The position numbers and the translations under genes are program-made. Source: a virus (lineage: Duplodnaviria > Caudoviricetes). Taken from it: 57,962 bases of DNA. Below the pieces are notes generated by a model. It saw only the letters and a program-made list of their open reading frames with translations, did no database searches and was not told the origin of the DNA. Below are positions 7,475-16,940 of the stretch, in pieces. How positions within the stretch are numbered: the stretch's first letter is position 1; every line of letters starts with the position of its first letter. Where the stretch lies: positions 1 through 57,962 of IMG/VR virus record IMGVR_UViG_3300032291_002754. One strand, given 5' to 3'.

Positions 7475-10400
7475 TATCGACAGCGGGTCCATGGAGTCTT
7501 TCTTCTTCTGCCGCGCCCGCTTCGCTGCCTCGCTCTGGAGAATGCGATACAGGAGGTATTGCCTCTTCTGCGTGTCGGGCAGTTTGGCCAGATCCTCCGG
7601 AGACACAAACAGATTCTGGTACGAACCAATGCCGGGGGTGTTGTCCAGCAACTGGTTGAGGGTGGTGCGAGCGGCCAGCCGCATGGTCTTCTCTTGATCC
7701 ACGTCCTGTAGTTTCACGCCAGTCAAGGAGTTCACCAAGAACTTTGCCGCACGTTCCTGCGGGGAGATTCTCTGGTCGGTGAGTTGTCGGTACGTGCCAA
7801 GGATTCGCGAGCCGCCAGGTGCGTTTACCAGTGCCTGCTCCGCTAACCGCCCCGGCATTCCGAAGGTCTGCTCCAGAACGCTGTACAGGTCTGAAAGCTG
7901 CCGGCCGCTGTAGAACTGGCGATTGGTGATGTACTCAAGCGGCCCCTTGAGTAGGGGGTTCGTCTGCCCCAGAATGTTCTGCCCAGTCTTGGTCAGCGAA
8001 TCCTTGACTGCTTCGGCAACGGTGTTGCCAATACCCGGCGTGACGAGATTGACAAACGACTCATGCGGCAAATCCAAGTTGGTCAGGAAGCGCGTAACGC
8101 CGGGGGTCTTTACGCCCAAGAAGGGGATTGACCCGGGCATTGGCAGCGCAGCCGACTGCCGCAGATATTCTGGGACAAACTGATCTTCGCTTGGCTCTGT
8201 GCCGCGGTTGATGGCCCGAACTGAAGCGGACTGCAAGCCGGCCGGTCGCTCCAGCGTCTCTTGCACAACAAGCGGCGCTATGCCTCGGGTGTACTTGTAA
8301 AACGGAAACAGGCGGGCCAGAAACTCGCGCTCAAACTCGGAGTATTTCTGGGGCTGATAGTTGACCTGGGTAAGGTCAGTAACGGACTTTGCGGCAGACG
8401 GCGCGTACCCTTTGCGAATGGCGGTCAGATATGTGCCAATGCGGTTGGCGGCGTCGGATGTTTCCGCGGCGCGGTCGCCCAACTCCACAAGAGGGTTCTC
8501 TGACAGCGACAGCCATTTCCTTGGATTGCGCGCCCAGTCTCTTGTCGATGACAACAGGCTTGACCATGTTGGCCTAGCGGCACCGGGGAAGATTTCCTTG
8601 TATGCAAGGTTCTCTGTTGCCTTCAGAAGGTTGTCGGTCACCGACGCGTTTGACAGCGCCTGACCGCCGCTGTCCGCCAAGAACTTGCGGATCTTCTCCT
8701 CGTCGCTGAGAAGCGTGTAGCCCGGTGCGTCTTTGAGTCGGGCCGGCAACCAAGAATAATCTCCGGAACGCACGCGCACTCCAGTCGCGCGATCAATGGG
8801 GTTGTATAGTCCCTGCGTGGCGGCAGCGAAACCGCCACTGTAGCGATCCCGCGTATAGCGGGCGGGCCACAGCAACGCCAGCGTTTTGAATGCGCGGGTG
8901 TAACTGTCAGCCGCTTTGAGAAGACCCTTCGTCTCCATGGGCTGGCGACTTCGCTCAATTCGCTGGGCGTAATTCTCAATGAAGTTGCGGTCGAAGGAGA
9001 CGTTTGCCAGATCGTCTGGACTTATACCCATACGCCGCGCCAGTGCAGCCGGCCCTGTCTCCGAATCAAACCCAAGGCGGCGCAGTGCGTCAGCGGCAGA
9101 GTAGGCCGTATTGCCAGGGATAGAATCCGCAGATGCGGCAATGTGCGTCTGATTCAACTGGTTAAGCAGTACATTCGCCGTTGCTTCGGCGCGCCGGCGA
9201 CCGCGTTCGTAACGCGCGAGGTCATTCAGTGAGTTGCCGAACAGAGGCAATGCGTTCTTGGCGAACTGCGGATCCGCTCGCCGGAAATGGTCGGCTGTCT
9301 GGCGGTAGAGAAGTTCCTGCGTGGCGTCATCTGCGTAGTCAAAGACCGATCCGCCGCGAGACGAAATGCCCGTTGGCATCCAGAAATCCGGCGCATTGGC
9401 AGTGATCCAATTGTCCAGCAATGGCCGAACACCGCTTCCGCCACCCGGAAGCGCATTGGGGGCCTGCCGGAGAGCGGCCTGCAACGTCGCGTCTTGCTGC
9501 ATGGCGTTCAGCACCCATGCCGGAAAGGCGCGCGCCCAGTCGCGGCGAGCGTATTCCGCGCCATCTCCAACTGGCGCCAAACGCGCACTGCGAAGGTACG
9601 GCGGACTGGCGGACGGCGGATACATGGGACCGCCGGACGCGTTGAGGATAGGCGTTTGCTCTTTGAGCAACACACTCTGGCGAGGAAAGAATCGGACGTT
9701 GTTAGGGCCTGGAGAGAGGTGCTGGAGTGGGATGCCCAGATCGCGAGAGGTTGTCAACGCCTTTCTTTGCTGGAACCGCCAGTATCGATAGAGGGCCTGC
9801 ACTGCGGGCGTCTGCATGACCGCCGCCATGTGCGCCGGGATCTGGTCCGCTTGGTCTTCAGCGAGCATGCGGAATGCATCCGCAAACTCCTGCGACTGAA
9901 ACATGTCTGGCCCGATAGACCTAGCCACGTTCACTTGCGCTCTGGCTAAAGGCCCATCGGCAGCAAGCGCGGCTACACGCTCGGCCTCGGACAATTCCCG
10001 CCCCATCCACTGTTGATTGTAGTCGGTCAGCCCCTTGAACTTGTAGTCCAAGAGCGCGCTTGTCCCTCGGACGGCCGAACCGATCAGCGGTGCGGTCTTG
10101 GCGTAATCCCCAATGGCATCGCTTGCGTCGGCTAGCGCATCACCAATACGTCTGCCAAAGAGATCGTATGCCCCAGTCTGAAAGCCGGGGATCGACACGC
10201 GGTTTGTCCGCGTCAGCGGTTGATTGAGAAGCTCTTTGGCGCGTGTTCCGGCGGCGTTCGACCAATCGATCCCCGCCTGGATCGGATTGGGCGAGAGTCG
10301 AATAAGATCGTCAGGTGTGCTGTTGCGAAGGAACCTGGCTTTCCCCATGCCCTGCTGGCGCGCCAGCAAGCCTATATCGCCAGCCAAAAGACCGGCCTTG

Positions 10401-10819
10401 CCAGCGATTCCGCCGGCAATTGTTTTGGCGCCACGTCCGATAAGGCCAACACCAATATAGGTTGTTGGGTCCAGAAGCAATTCAGCCGCCATGCCAGTGG
10501 CAAAGTTGCCCCAGTCATCCTTGCGACCGGCCATTCCCCATTTTCGCAGGAGGTCGCGGCCTGACACGCGCTCGTCGGTAAAAGCATCGCCAAGGCTTTT
10601 GCCGGCAAGCAGAGTCCTGACGATTCCGCCCGGTGTGTCAATCACCCACCCTAGACCAGACAGTCCAGAAATGCCACGCTGCGACAGAGCGCGCAGCATG
10701 GAAGTCTTCTCCTCCTCCGGCATCAGATCCGCAAGCGTGCGTTTCTTTCTGCCAAAGGGGATGACGCCAAGATCGTCACCGCCCAGCGGATCGTAGATGT
10801 CAAACAGCGGGGAAGACAC
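7460..10819 (-). CDS. Large internal virion/ejection protein (1119 aa)
   Basis: Largest ORF, at the end of the tail region; LLDPTTYIG and C-terminal FPFY...NPLLK..LE...N motifs typical of podovirus ejection proteins. Confidence 0.65.
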   Translation of the reverse strand: MSSPLFDIYDPLGGDDLGVIPFGRKKRTLADLMPEEEKTSMLRALSQRGISGLSGLGWVIDTPGGIVRTLLAGKSLGDAFTDERVSGRDLLRKWGMAGRKDDWGNFATGMAAELLLDPTTYIGVGLIGRGAKTIAGGIAGKAGLLAGDIGLLARQQGMGKARFLRNSTPDDLIRLSPNPIQAGIDWSNAAGTRAKELLNQPLTRTNRVSIPGFQTGAYDLFGRRIGDALADASDAIGDYAKTAPLIGSAVRGTSALLDYKFKGLTDYNQQWMGRELSEAERVAALAADGPLARAQVNVARSIGPDMFQSQEFADAFRMLAEDQADQIPAHMAAVMQTPAVQALYRYWRFQQRKALTTSRDLGIPLQHLSPGPNNVRFFPRQSVLLKEQTPILNASGGPMYPPSASPPYLRSARLAPVGDGAEYARRDWARAFPAWVLNAMQQDATLQAALRQAPNALPGGGSGVRPLLDNWITANAPDFWMPTGISSRGGSVFDYADDATQELLYRQTADHFRRADPQFAKNALPLFGNSLNDLARYERGRRRAEATANVLLNQLNQTHIAASADSIPGNTAYSAADALRRLGFDSETGPAALARRMGISPDDLANVSFDRNFIENYAQRIERSRQPMETKGLLKAADSYTRAFKTLALLWPARYTRDRYSGGFAAATQGLYNPIDRATGVRVRSGDYSWLPARLKDAPGYTLLSDEEKIRKFLADSGGQALSNASVTDNLLKATENLAYKEIFPGAARPTWSSLLSSTRDWARNPRKWLSLSENPLVELGDRAAETSDAANRIGTYLTAIRKGYAPSAAKSVTDLTQVNYQPQKYSEFEREFLARLFPFYKYTRGIAPLVVQETLERPAGLQSASVRAINRGTEPSEDQFVPEYLRQSAALPMPGSIPFLGVKTPGVTRFLTNLDLPHESFVNLVTPGIGNTVAEAVKDSLTKTGQNILGQTNPLLKGPLEYITNRQFYSGRQLSDLYSVLEQTFGMPGRLAEQALVNAPGGSRILGTYRQLTDQRISPQERAAKFLVNSLTGVKLQDVDQEKTMRLAARTTLNQLLDNTPGIGSYQNLFVSPEDLAKLPDTQKRQYLLYRILQSEAAKRARQKKKDSMDPLSILGVR

Positions 10820-10821
10820 GT

Positions 10822-12288
10822 CTACCTCCCGCGGCGTTGACCCGGCACAAGTGGACGCGTTGCCGATGAAGCCGGGGTGGGAGTGGGAGTCGCAGACCCG
10901 GGCGCAGACCCAGCGGACCCAGGCGCTGGGCTAGGGGGCGCGATTGGCCCTCTCGCACCAATCCACCTCCTGCCATCGGCGGCTTTCCTTGCCGCCTGCC
11001 GTGCTTCTGCTTCCCCCATTCCGTAGTTTCTGATTAGGTAGTCCACTAGTCGGTTCTCGTCTTCGTCGCTGAAACCACCAGTTGTGGTATCCATCGATTC
11101 CGCAAGACGATCAACTTCTGCCTCTGCCTCCGGACTCTGCCAATTACCGCTCTGGAGATCCTCTTTGCCGGCCGCAACCGGGTCAGCGCGGCGCGCCTGC
11201 CGGAGCTTCTCGCGCGCCGCCTCTCGCGCAAGTGGGTCCATGCCGGCGAGAGTTTCGGCGGTCATCAGACGCGCTGCATTTTGCATGTTTTGCGCATCCA
11301 CCGATGCGACCAACTGACCACCTGGCAGCATGTACTGCAATGATCTCTTGCGCTCTTCTGGATCCAACTCTTCCAGTGCGTTGACAATAGCCTTTGATCC
11401 GCCACGTCCTCCCGTTGGCTGACCACCAGCAAGCATCGCCTGCTTACGCCACAGATCGCGACGAGCGTTTGCCTCGTCCGCCCTTGCGGCTCGCGCACCC
11501 AAGCGCAATGAGTTCATTCCATCTTCAGTCTGGGCCAACTCCAAAGCCTTTGCGGCCGGAATGCCAGACTGTTCCGCCAGTCGAAGGGCTGAACGCTGGC
11601 GGTCTTGAAGAGCGTATCGCGCCTTCGCTTCCTCGCCGGGAACCATTACTGTCACCGGGCCAGTCGGGCCTTTCACACCTCGGGAAGTCCAGCCCTTTTC
11701 CAACAAATCGATCCTGACACCGGGGCGGCCGGGTGCGCCGATTATGCTCGGATCCTCGCTGTACTCCACTCCGTACCCAACGCTACCGTCTGCGTTGTAT
11801 CGCGGCACCATACCGCGGAGTCGCATGTCCTCGTCGCGCTGCGATGGAAGATATTCTCCTGGGGTATCGGGGTTCTCCTCGCGCACTTCGTAATCCCGCT
11901 GGTCATCTTCATCCACAATAGGTTCGCCCTGCGGAGTCGGCAGTCCATTCGGGAGACGCGGGCCAGGAGCGCGGCGATAGTCTCCGATGCGCGGGTCAGG
12001 CGTGGACTTGAATTCAGCGGGAGCGCGACCCGGGGCGGGAGCATCCGCGGGCGGACCTTGGAAGTAGAAACTGGCAATCCGCACCGCTTCTGGGTACGGG
12101 ATGCCTTGCGCAACGTAGTTCTGAACCATCGCTTCCCGCATTGCTTCCGGGTTGCCGCCGCTGGTGACGCCAGCCATTCGGGCTTCGGTGGCCATATTGC
12201 CTGCGCGACGATTGGGGCTGTACGGCCCAACGTCCGGATCGCGGCCAACTGGATTGGAGAGCGGGTCAAATCCCGTGCGAACGTCCAT
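10822..12288 (-). CDS. Putative internal virion protein
   Basis: 488 aa, Ala/Arg/Pro-rich, in the ejection-protein block. Confidence 0.55.
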   Translation of the reverse strand: MDVRTGFDPLSNPVGRDPDVGPYSPNRRAGNMATEARMAGVTSGGNPEAMREAMVQNYVAQGIPYPEAVRIASFYFQGPPADAPAPGRAPAEFKSTPDPRIGDYRRAPGPRLPNGLPTPQGEPIVDEDDQRDYEVREENPDTPGEYLPSQRDEDMRLRGMVPRYNADGSVGYGVEYSEDPSIIGAPGRPGVRIDLLEKGWTSRGVKGPTGPVTVMVPGEEAKARYALQDRQRSALRLAEQSGIPAAKALELAQTEDGMNSLRLGARAARADEANARRDLWRKQAMLAGGQPTGGRGGSKAIVNALEELDPEERKRSLQYMLPGGQLVASVDAQNMQNAARLMTAETLAGMDPLAREAAREKLRQARRADPVAAGKEDLQSGNWQSPEAEAEVDRLAESMDTTTGGFSDEDENRLVDYLIRNYGMGEAEARQAARKAADGRRWIGARGPIAPPSPAPGSAGSAPGSATPTPTPASSATRPLVPGQRRGR

Positions 12289-12290
12289 GA

Positions 12291-13310
12291 CTACCTCATA
12301 TTGCTGTATCGAAGGCCCATCCGCTTTTCGCGTTCACGCTCAACGCTGCCCTCTGGGTAGAAACTATCCATCTTCTTACCGGTAACAGGATCGCGGATAT
12401 CAATCACTTGAGTTCGCAGCCCATCGATGTCCGACGCTGACAGCCGGCCGCTTGAAGGCTGCGGGCGCATGTTGGTGTATCTCTTGCCTTCCCGAAGTTC
12501 CCGCTCTCTCTCAACGCTTCCTTCGGGATAGAAACTCTCCAGCCGTTCGCCGGTAACGGGATCGCGGATGTCCACTACTTGGGATCGCAGTGCTTCGATT
12601 TCTTCTGGAGTCAGGCGATCCTCTACCGATTCAATCTGGGTTTCCGGACCAGGGCGCGTCTCTGCCACAAGGTCGGCAGTTGCAAACGGGTCTTCGGTCA
12701 TCCCGTATCCCGGGATTGCGATCTCGGGCTGATCAACAACAACCATGTCAGCGAAGTCTTCTGCGCTGGGGAATCGGCTGACGGGATCCATGCTGGCTTC
12801 CGACTGCTGCGGTGCGCGTTGAGATGCTATAGCCGCTGCAACAGCCGCAGCGCCGCCGCCTGCGATACCAGCGTCGTTCAGAAGCGCGCCGCGCTCGGCG
12901 TCTCGGGCCATCTGCGCATAACGCTCGTCCCGCATATTCCGTAAATTTTCTTGGGCAACGGAGGCCAAGGACCGCTGGCGCTGTTCTGGCGTCAGTCGGT
13001 TCAGTCGGCTTTCGGTCAGCGCACGCGAACGCTCGTTGCGGAGAATCATATCCATGAGCGGCTCTTGGGCGGCGGGCGCTTCATATCCTGCGGCGATACG
13101 CTCAAGCGGCGTAAACGGCCCACCGCTCGCCGCTTCGTCCAGCCAAGACTGCGGGGCCGCGGTGAGGGCGCGCATGCCTTGGATGTTGTCCGCCTGCGAC
13201 ATTGCCTCGGCTTCCAACTGCGCCAAGTAACGCGCCGCATCCGGGTCCATACCCCGAACGCGGGCGAGCTTCTTCGCCATGTCCGCAATCATGTCAAAAT
13301 ACGTGGCCAT
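12291..13310 (-). CDS. Putative virion protein with a duplicated C-terminal ~45 aa module
   Basis: Two copies of LRxQVxDIRDPVTG...SFYPEGSVERERE...RYxNMR. Confidence 0.7.
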   Translation of the reverse strand: MATYFDMIADMAKKLARVRGMDPDAARYLAQLEAEAMSQADNIQGMRALTAAPQSWLDEAASGGPFTPLERIAAGYEAPAAQEPLMDMILRNERSRALTESRLNRLTPEQRQRSLASVAQENLRNMRDERYAQMARDAERGALLNDAGIAGGGAAAVAAAIASQRAPQQSEASMDPVSRFPSAEDFADMVVVDQPEIAIPGYGMTEDPFATADLVAETRPGPETQIESVEDRLTPEEIEALRSQVVDIRDPVTGERLESFYPEGSVERERELREGKRYTNMRPQPSSGRLSASDIDGLRTQVIDIRDPVTGKKMDSFYPEGSVEREREKRMGLRYSNMR

Positions 13311-13570
13311 TATCGCCTCTTCTTCTTTGGCTCGGTGTCCTCGTCCTCATCTTCCTCGTCTTCCTCAACAGCAATCTTGGAGGGTGCGCCACGCATCTCC
13401 TCGTTGAGGTCTGCCAAGTCATTGCTCTCGTCGGCGGCGCGCTTCTGTCTCTTGGTCAGTTGGTCAAGGATTTCTTTTTCTTCGCCGTCCGGTGCGGCAA
13501 GCAACTGATGAACAAGACGCTTGAGAGCGGCCTGCGTTAGATCGTCAAGGTTGATGTTCAGATTCCGCAT
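13310..13570 (-). CDS. Small helical protein with acidic tail
   Basis: Start MRNLN at 13570; ends EEDEEDEDEDTEPKKKRR. Confidence 0.7.
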   Translation of the reverse strand: MRNLNINLDDLTQAALKRLVHQLLAAPDGEEKEILDQLTKRQKRAADESNDLADLNEEMRGAPSKIAVEEDEEDEDEDTEPKKKRR

Positions 13571-13571
13571 T

Positions 13572-14051
13572 TCAGTACCCAAGGAAAGTGTCCAGCCAGT
13601 TACCGCCGCCGCCCGCATTTGAGCCGGCAATGGATCCCATTGACCCCATAAGTCCGCCCAATACGCCCGTCTGGTAGTTCTGCTGCATCTGTTGACGTTG
13701 GAGCGCGGCCAATGCAGCGGAGTAATCGTTCTGCTGCTGGAGCGAGGTCATGTCATTTCCGAATCGCTCCCGGCTGGATTCGTACGCCAGCGTGTTCTTG
13801 GCGTCCGCGGCGGCGTCCTCCATGGGAACGGCGTATGCGTCCGCGATGCCCTTGGCCATGGACTGCGCGCCTCGCAATCCACCTTCCGACGCAGCCCCTC
13901 GCCCACGGGAAATGCCAGCGCGGTCGAACTGCTTCTGGTTGTAGCGCGGATCCCCAGCCGACAAGGCATCGGCGTACTTCTGATTGAAGTATGCCTGCGT
14001 TCCTGGCGTTGCTTCCGGCGGAACATCAAACGTGTTCGTTTTGTAGTTCAT
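13572..14051 (-). CDS. Gln/Ala/Gly-rich putative ejection protein
   Basis: Composition and position. Confidence 0.55.
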   Translation of the reverse strand: MNYKTNTFDVPPEATPGTQAYFNQKYADALSAGDPRYNQKQFDRAGISRGRGAASEGGLRGAQSMAKGIADAYAVPMEDAAADAKNTLAYESSRERFGNDMTSLQQQNDYSAALAALQRQQMQQNYQTGVLGGLMGSMGSIAGSNAGGGGNWLDTFLGY

Positions 14052-14407
14052 CGGAAAAGACCCTGTAGCAGGCCGTTGACGTTACCCATCATTTTCTGGC
14101 TGTAGTCAAGCGCCATCTGCTGCTTCTGGTTGTCCAGGTTCTGCTGGTTCTGCTTGAGGTTGGAAAGAACCTGCGCTCCTTGGAGCATGGCCTGACGCTG
14201 TTGCTCTTGTGCTTGCAGTGAATACTCGTTGTTGAGAGCCGTGGCTTGGCGATCCAATTGCGTCTGGCCGCGCTGCGCCTCGGCGGCATAGATGTCCGCG
14301 GCAGGCCCGGGGGCATAACCCGGGTAGGCAGACAACCCCGCCAGAACGGAGTCGCGCATCTGCGGCGTGACTGGAGGCGAGTACTTGATTCCTGTGGTGT
14401 ATTGCAT
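14048..14407 (-). CDS. Gln-rich coiled-coil putative ejection protein
   Basis: Composition and position. Confidence 0.55.
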   Translation of the reverse strand: MQYTTGIKYSPPVTPQMRDSVLAGLSAYPGYAPGPAADIYAAEAQRGQTQLDRQATALNNEYSLQAQEQQRQAMLQGAQVLSNLKQNQQNLDNQKQQMALDYSQKMMGNVNGLLQGLFR

Positions 14408-14410
14408 TGA

Positions 14411-15973
14411 CTACCACTTCTTGACTGGTGGGCGGTTCGCGAGTTCCTGTTCACGCCGCATCTTCCGATAGTCCTGCAACTGAGCCTGATCGCGAGCTTG
14501 TTCGACGGGCGTCTTGTAGAAATTGGTCTTGCCCATCGACTGGTTCCAGAGATTCGCCAAAGCCCCAGACGTTTGCCCAAACCCCATGTCGCCGCCCGTC
14601 TGGAGTTTGCCGTAGGCGTTGCGCAAATCCATCGCGCCTTGGTTGAAGGCAGTACTCATGTCGTTGTTGTTCATCGAACCCAAATGACCGTAGTACTGAT
14701 TCATGCCGGCGTTCAATTGGCCATAGCCTTGGCCAAGCATCCCCTGCAAACCGCCATAGCCCTGCCGCGTCATGTTCGCGACATTGGAGTTAGTGTCGCT
14801 GAAAAATCTGTCGGCCTGCCTGCGGCCGGCGGAAGCGTTCTTCATCAAGTCAGACTGAACGGTCGATCCGAGAACGCCGCCCATTGCCTGACCAATACCG
14901 CCATAGGACGCGGCCCCGGCGTTGGCAATCCCCTGACCGCCAGCGGCTGCATTGCCGCCAATCGCGGCATAGGCGTTCTGGTCGGCGTTATCCATGGATT
15001 GGGCTACACCGGGAATCCGGCTATTGAATCCGGGTGCCTGCTGCTGGTTCTGATACCACTCTCGCCCACCACCGTACTGGGTTGTCGGTGGCACGTTGTA
15101 GCCGCCACCCGGAGCGGGAATCATGCCGTATGACCCGCTAGCGTACGTGCCTCCACCGGCTCCGTTGCTGGACAGATTCAGACCGCCAAGAGCGCCACCG
15201 ATAGCGCCAGTCGCGGCTGGCAGAGTGCCGTACCCCTGCGAAGCAACGCTCAACTGGCCTGTGCCAATTTCTCTTGCGAGGCCCAATTTCGCCATGTCTC
15301 TGGCGTAGTTCAGATCGGCCATGTAGGCATTCTGATCGTCGCGCCCAAGGCTGGCGAGCGCGCTTGCCCTCGCAGCCGCCGACTGCCCGCCGTAGTTGCC
15401 GGCCGCAGTGCTGGCAGCGCCATACAGGTTGCCGTATGCGCCGCTAAGTGCGCCGCCCAAGTTGGCATAGGAACTCCCCAAGCCAGCCAAGGCCGCGTCA
15501 CGGGATCCGCTGTACGCCGCAAGCGCGGCCTGGTCAGCCGCCTGACGGTCGGAATTCGCCTTCATCGCCGCGGTGGCGTTGGCCGAAATCGCACCCAATC
15601 CCTGGCCCATCATCTGCCCATAGGATGTCATCCCGGTGGTGGCGAGATTCGATAGGGCGACTTGGCGAGCAACCTCGGCTTGGCCCATGGAGGCCATCCG
15701 GTTGGTCTGAAGGTTGGCGAGATTGTTGAAGTAGTTCTGGTACAGGGCGCTCTGCGCACCGCCCAAAGTGCCTACGCCTTGGTTATAGGACGCAATTCCA
15801 GCCCCCATGGCCTGCGAGGCTGCGCCTCCCATGTTGCCGAGAGCGCCAGCAAACGCCCCGGGCTGGCCATAGGCCACGTTCTGGGGGCCAAATGGATCGC
15901 CTCCGGGGTCCATGTGGCCGACGCCAATAGAAAACCCGGGGCCAGTCGTTGTAGAAATCGGCGTATACGGCAT
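14411..15973 (-). CDS. Gly/Ala-rich putative DNA pilot/ejection protein
   Basis: 520 aa, very Gly/Ala-rich; RBS AGGAG. Confidence 0.6.
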   Translation of the reverse strand: MPYTPISTTTGPGFSIGVGHMDPGGDPFGPQNVAYGQPGAFAGALGNMGGAASQAMGAGIASYNQGVGTLGGAQSALYQNYFNNLANLQTNRMASMGQAEVARQVALSNLATTGMTSYGQMMGQGLGAISANATAAMKANSDRQAADQAALAAYSGSRDAALAGLGSSYANLGGALSGAYGNLYGAASTAAGNYGGQSAAARASALASLGRDDQNAYMADLNYARDMAKLGLAREIGTGQLSVASQGYGTLPAATGAIGGALGGLNLSSNGAGGGTYASGSYGMIPAPGGGYNVPPTTQYGGGREWYQNQQQAPGFNSRIPGVAQSMDNADQNAYAAIGGNAAAGGQGIANAGAASYGGIGQAMGGVLGSTVQSDLMKNASAGRRQADRFFSDTNSNVANMTRQGYGGLQGMLGQGYGQLNAGMNQYYGHLGSMNNNDMSTAFNQGAMDLRNAYGKLQTGGDMGFGQTSGALANLWNQSMGKTNFYKTPVEQARDQAQLQDYRKMRREQELANRPPVKKW

Positions 15974-15991
15974 GATTTTCTCCTACAGATC

Positions 15992-15998
15992 AGTGTCC
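15992..15998 (-). promoter_or_regulatory. GGACACT late-promoter-like motif
   Basis: About 19 bp upstream of ATG 15973; recurs before other late genes. Confidence 0.5.
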
Positions 15999-16001
15999 CG
16001 G

Positions 16002-16940
16002 TTACGGCCCAAGCACTCTGTATGTCTTCATAGTCACCGGCTGTTCCTGTACGTCCGACACCACGGACACTTTCCCTGCTTCCTTGAATGTCGGCACTTC
16101 GTACGTGAAATCGACGTTGTCAACTCCGTCGCTAACGAGTTCGCACGTTGCGGAGTCGAACTTGTATTTAGGTACTTGGATGGTTCCGGTCTTGACTTCC
16201 GGTTCGTCTTCGACAACGCCTTCCGAAGGAACGTCTTCGGTTTCTTTGTTTATGATGCTTATATTATCCTCTACCTCAATGACGTTCCCGGTCATTCCGT
16301 ACTGGTTGACAATGTTGTTAATGACGTTAGTCACCAGTTGCTGTAGCGTCACAAACTCGTTGTTGTATTGAATGTTGAAGTTTTGCGTTGTCAGGTTCGT
16401 CGTGAACAGATTCTTGGTTGTCAGATTGTTGGTTGTCTGATTGTTGGTGATGGAGTTGTTGACGTTAACGTCGTTGCTGTAGTTGGTGACCGAATTGTTA
16501 ACGTCATAGTTGGTGGTCGATGGGCCAAGGTAGATATCGTTGCTGATTCTCCTCTGGTCGTAGTACTGACTGTTGTTATAGTCGCCCCAGTTATTCGTCT
16601 GCGAGGCGTCGATATTGGTGTCACCGAACGAAATATCGCCGCCGTGATATATGCTGTCGCCGTATGTGTAGTTGTCGCCGCCGTAAACAAACTGGTTTGA
16701 ATAGTTGTTGGGGTCCAGCATGTTTGGACTCCAGCCAACGTCGTTGTTGTTGTTGACCAGATACGTGTCGCCGTAACCTCCACCGGCAGGAACTCGCTTG
16801 GTTGGGTTGACCGTTATGCCTGCGCGCTGCGTGAGAGGCTGTCCGCAGTTGGCGAACGTCTGCAAGATCGCCTGTATGTCCTTTGGACCGGCAATGTTGG
16901 ACAGCGCGTTGGACAGCAATTCCGCTTGCGATGTGAACAT
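16002..16940 (-). CDS. Asn/Thr-rich tail protein (needle/spike-like)
   Basis: N/T-rich repeats (NNLTTKNLFTTNLTTQNF); follows the nozzle-like gene. Confidence 0.55.
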   Translation of the reverse strand: MFTSQAELLSNALSNIAGPKDIQAILQTFANCGQPLTQRAGITVNPTKRVPAGGGYGDTYLVNNNNDVGWSPNMLDPNNYSNQFVYGGDNYTYGDSIYHGGDISFGDTNIDASQTNNWGDYNNSQYYDQRRISNDIYLGPSTTNYDVNNSVTNYSNDVNVNNSITNNQTTNNLTTKNLFTTNLTTQNFNIQYNNEFVTLQQLVTNVINNIVNQYGMTGNVIEVEDNISIINKETEDVPSEGVVEDEPEVKTGTIQVPKYKFDSATCELVSDGVDNVDFTYEVPTFKEAGKVSVVSDVQEQPVTMKTYRVLGP

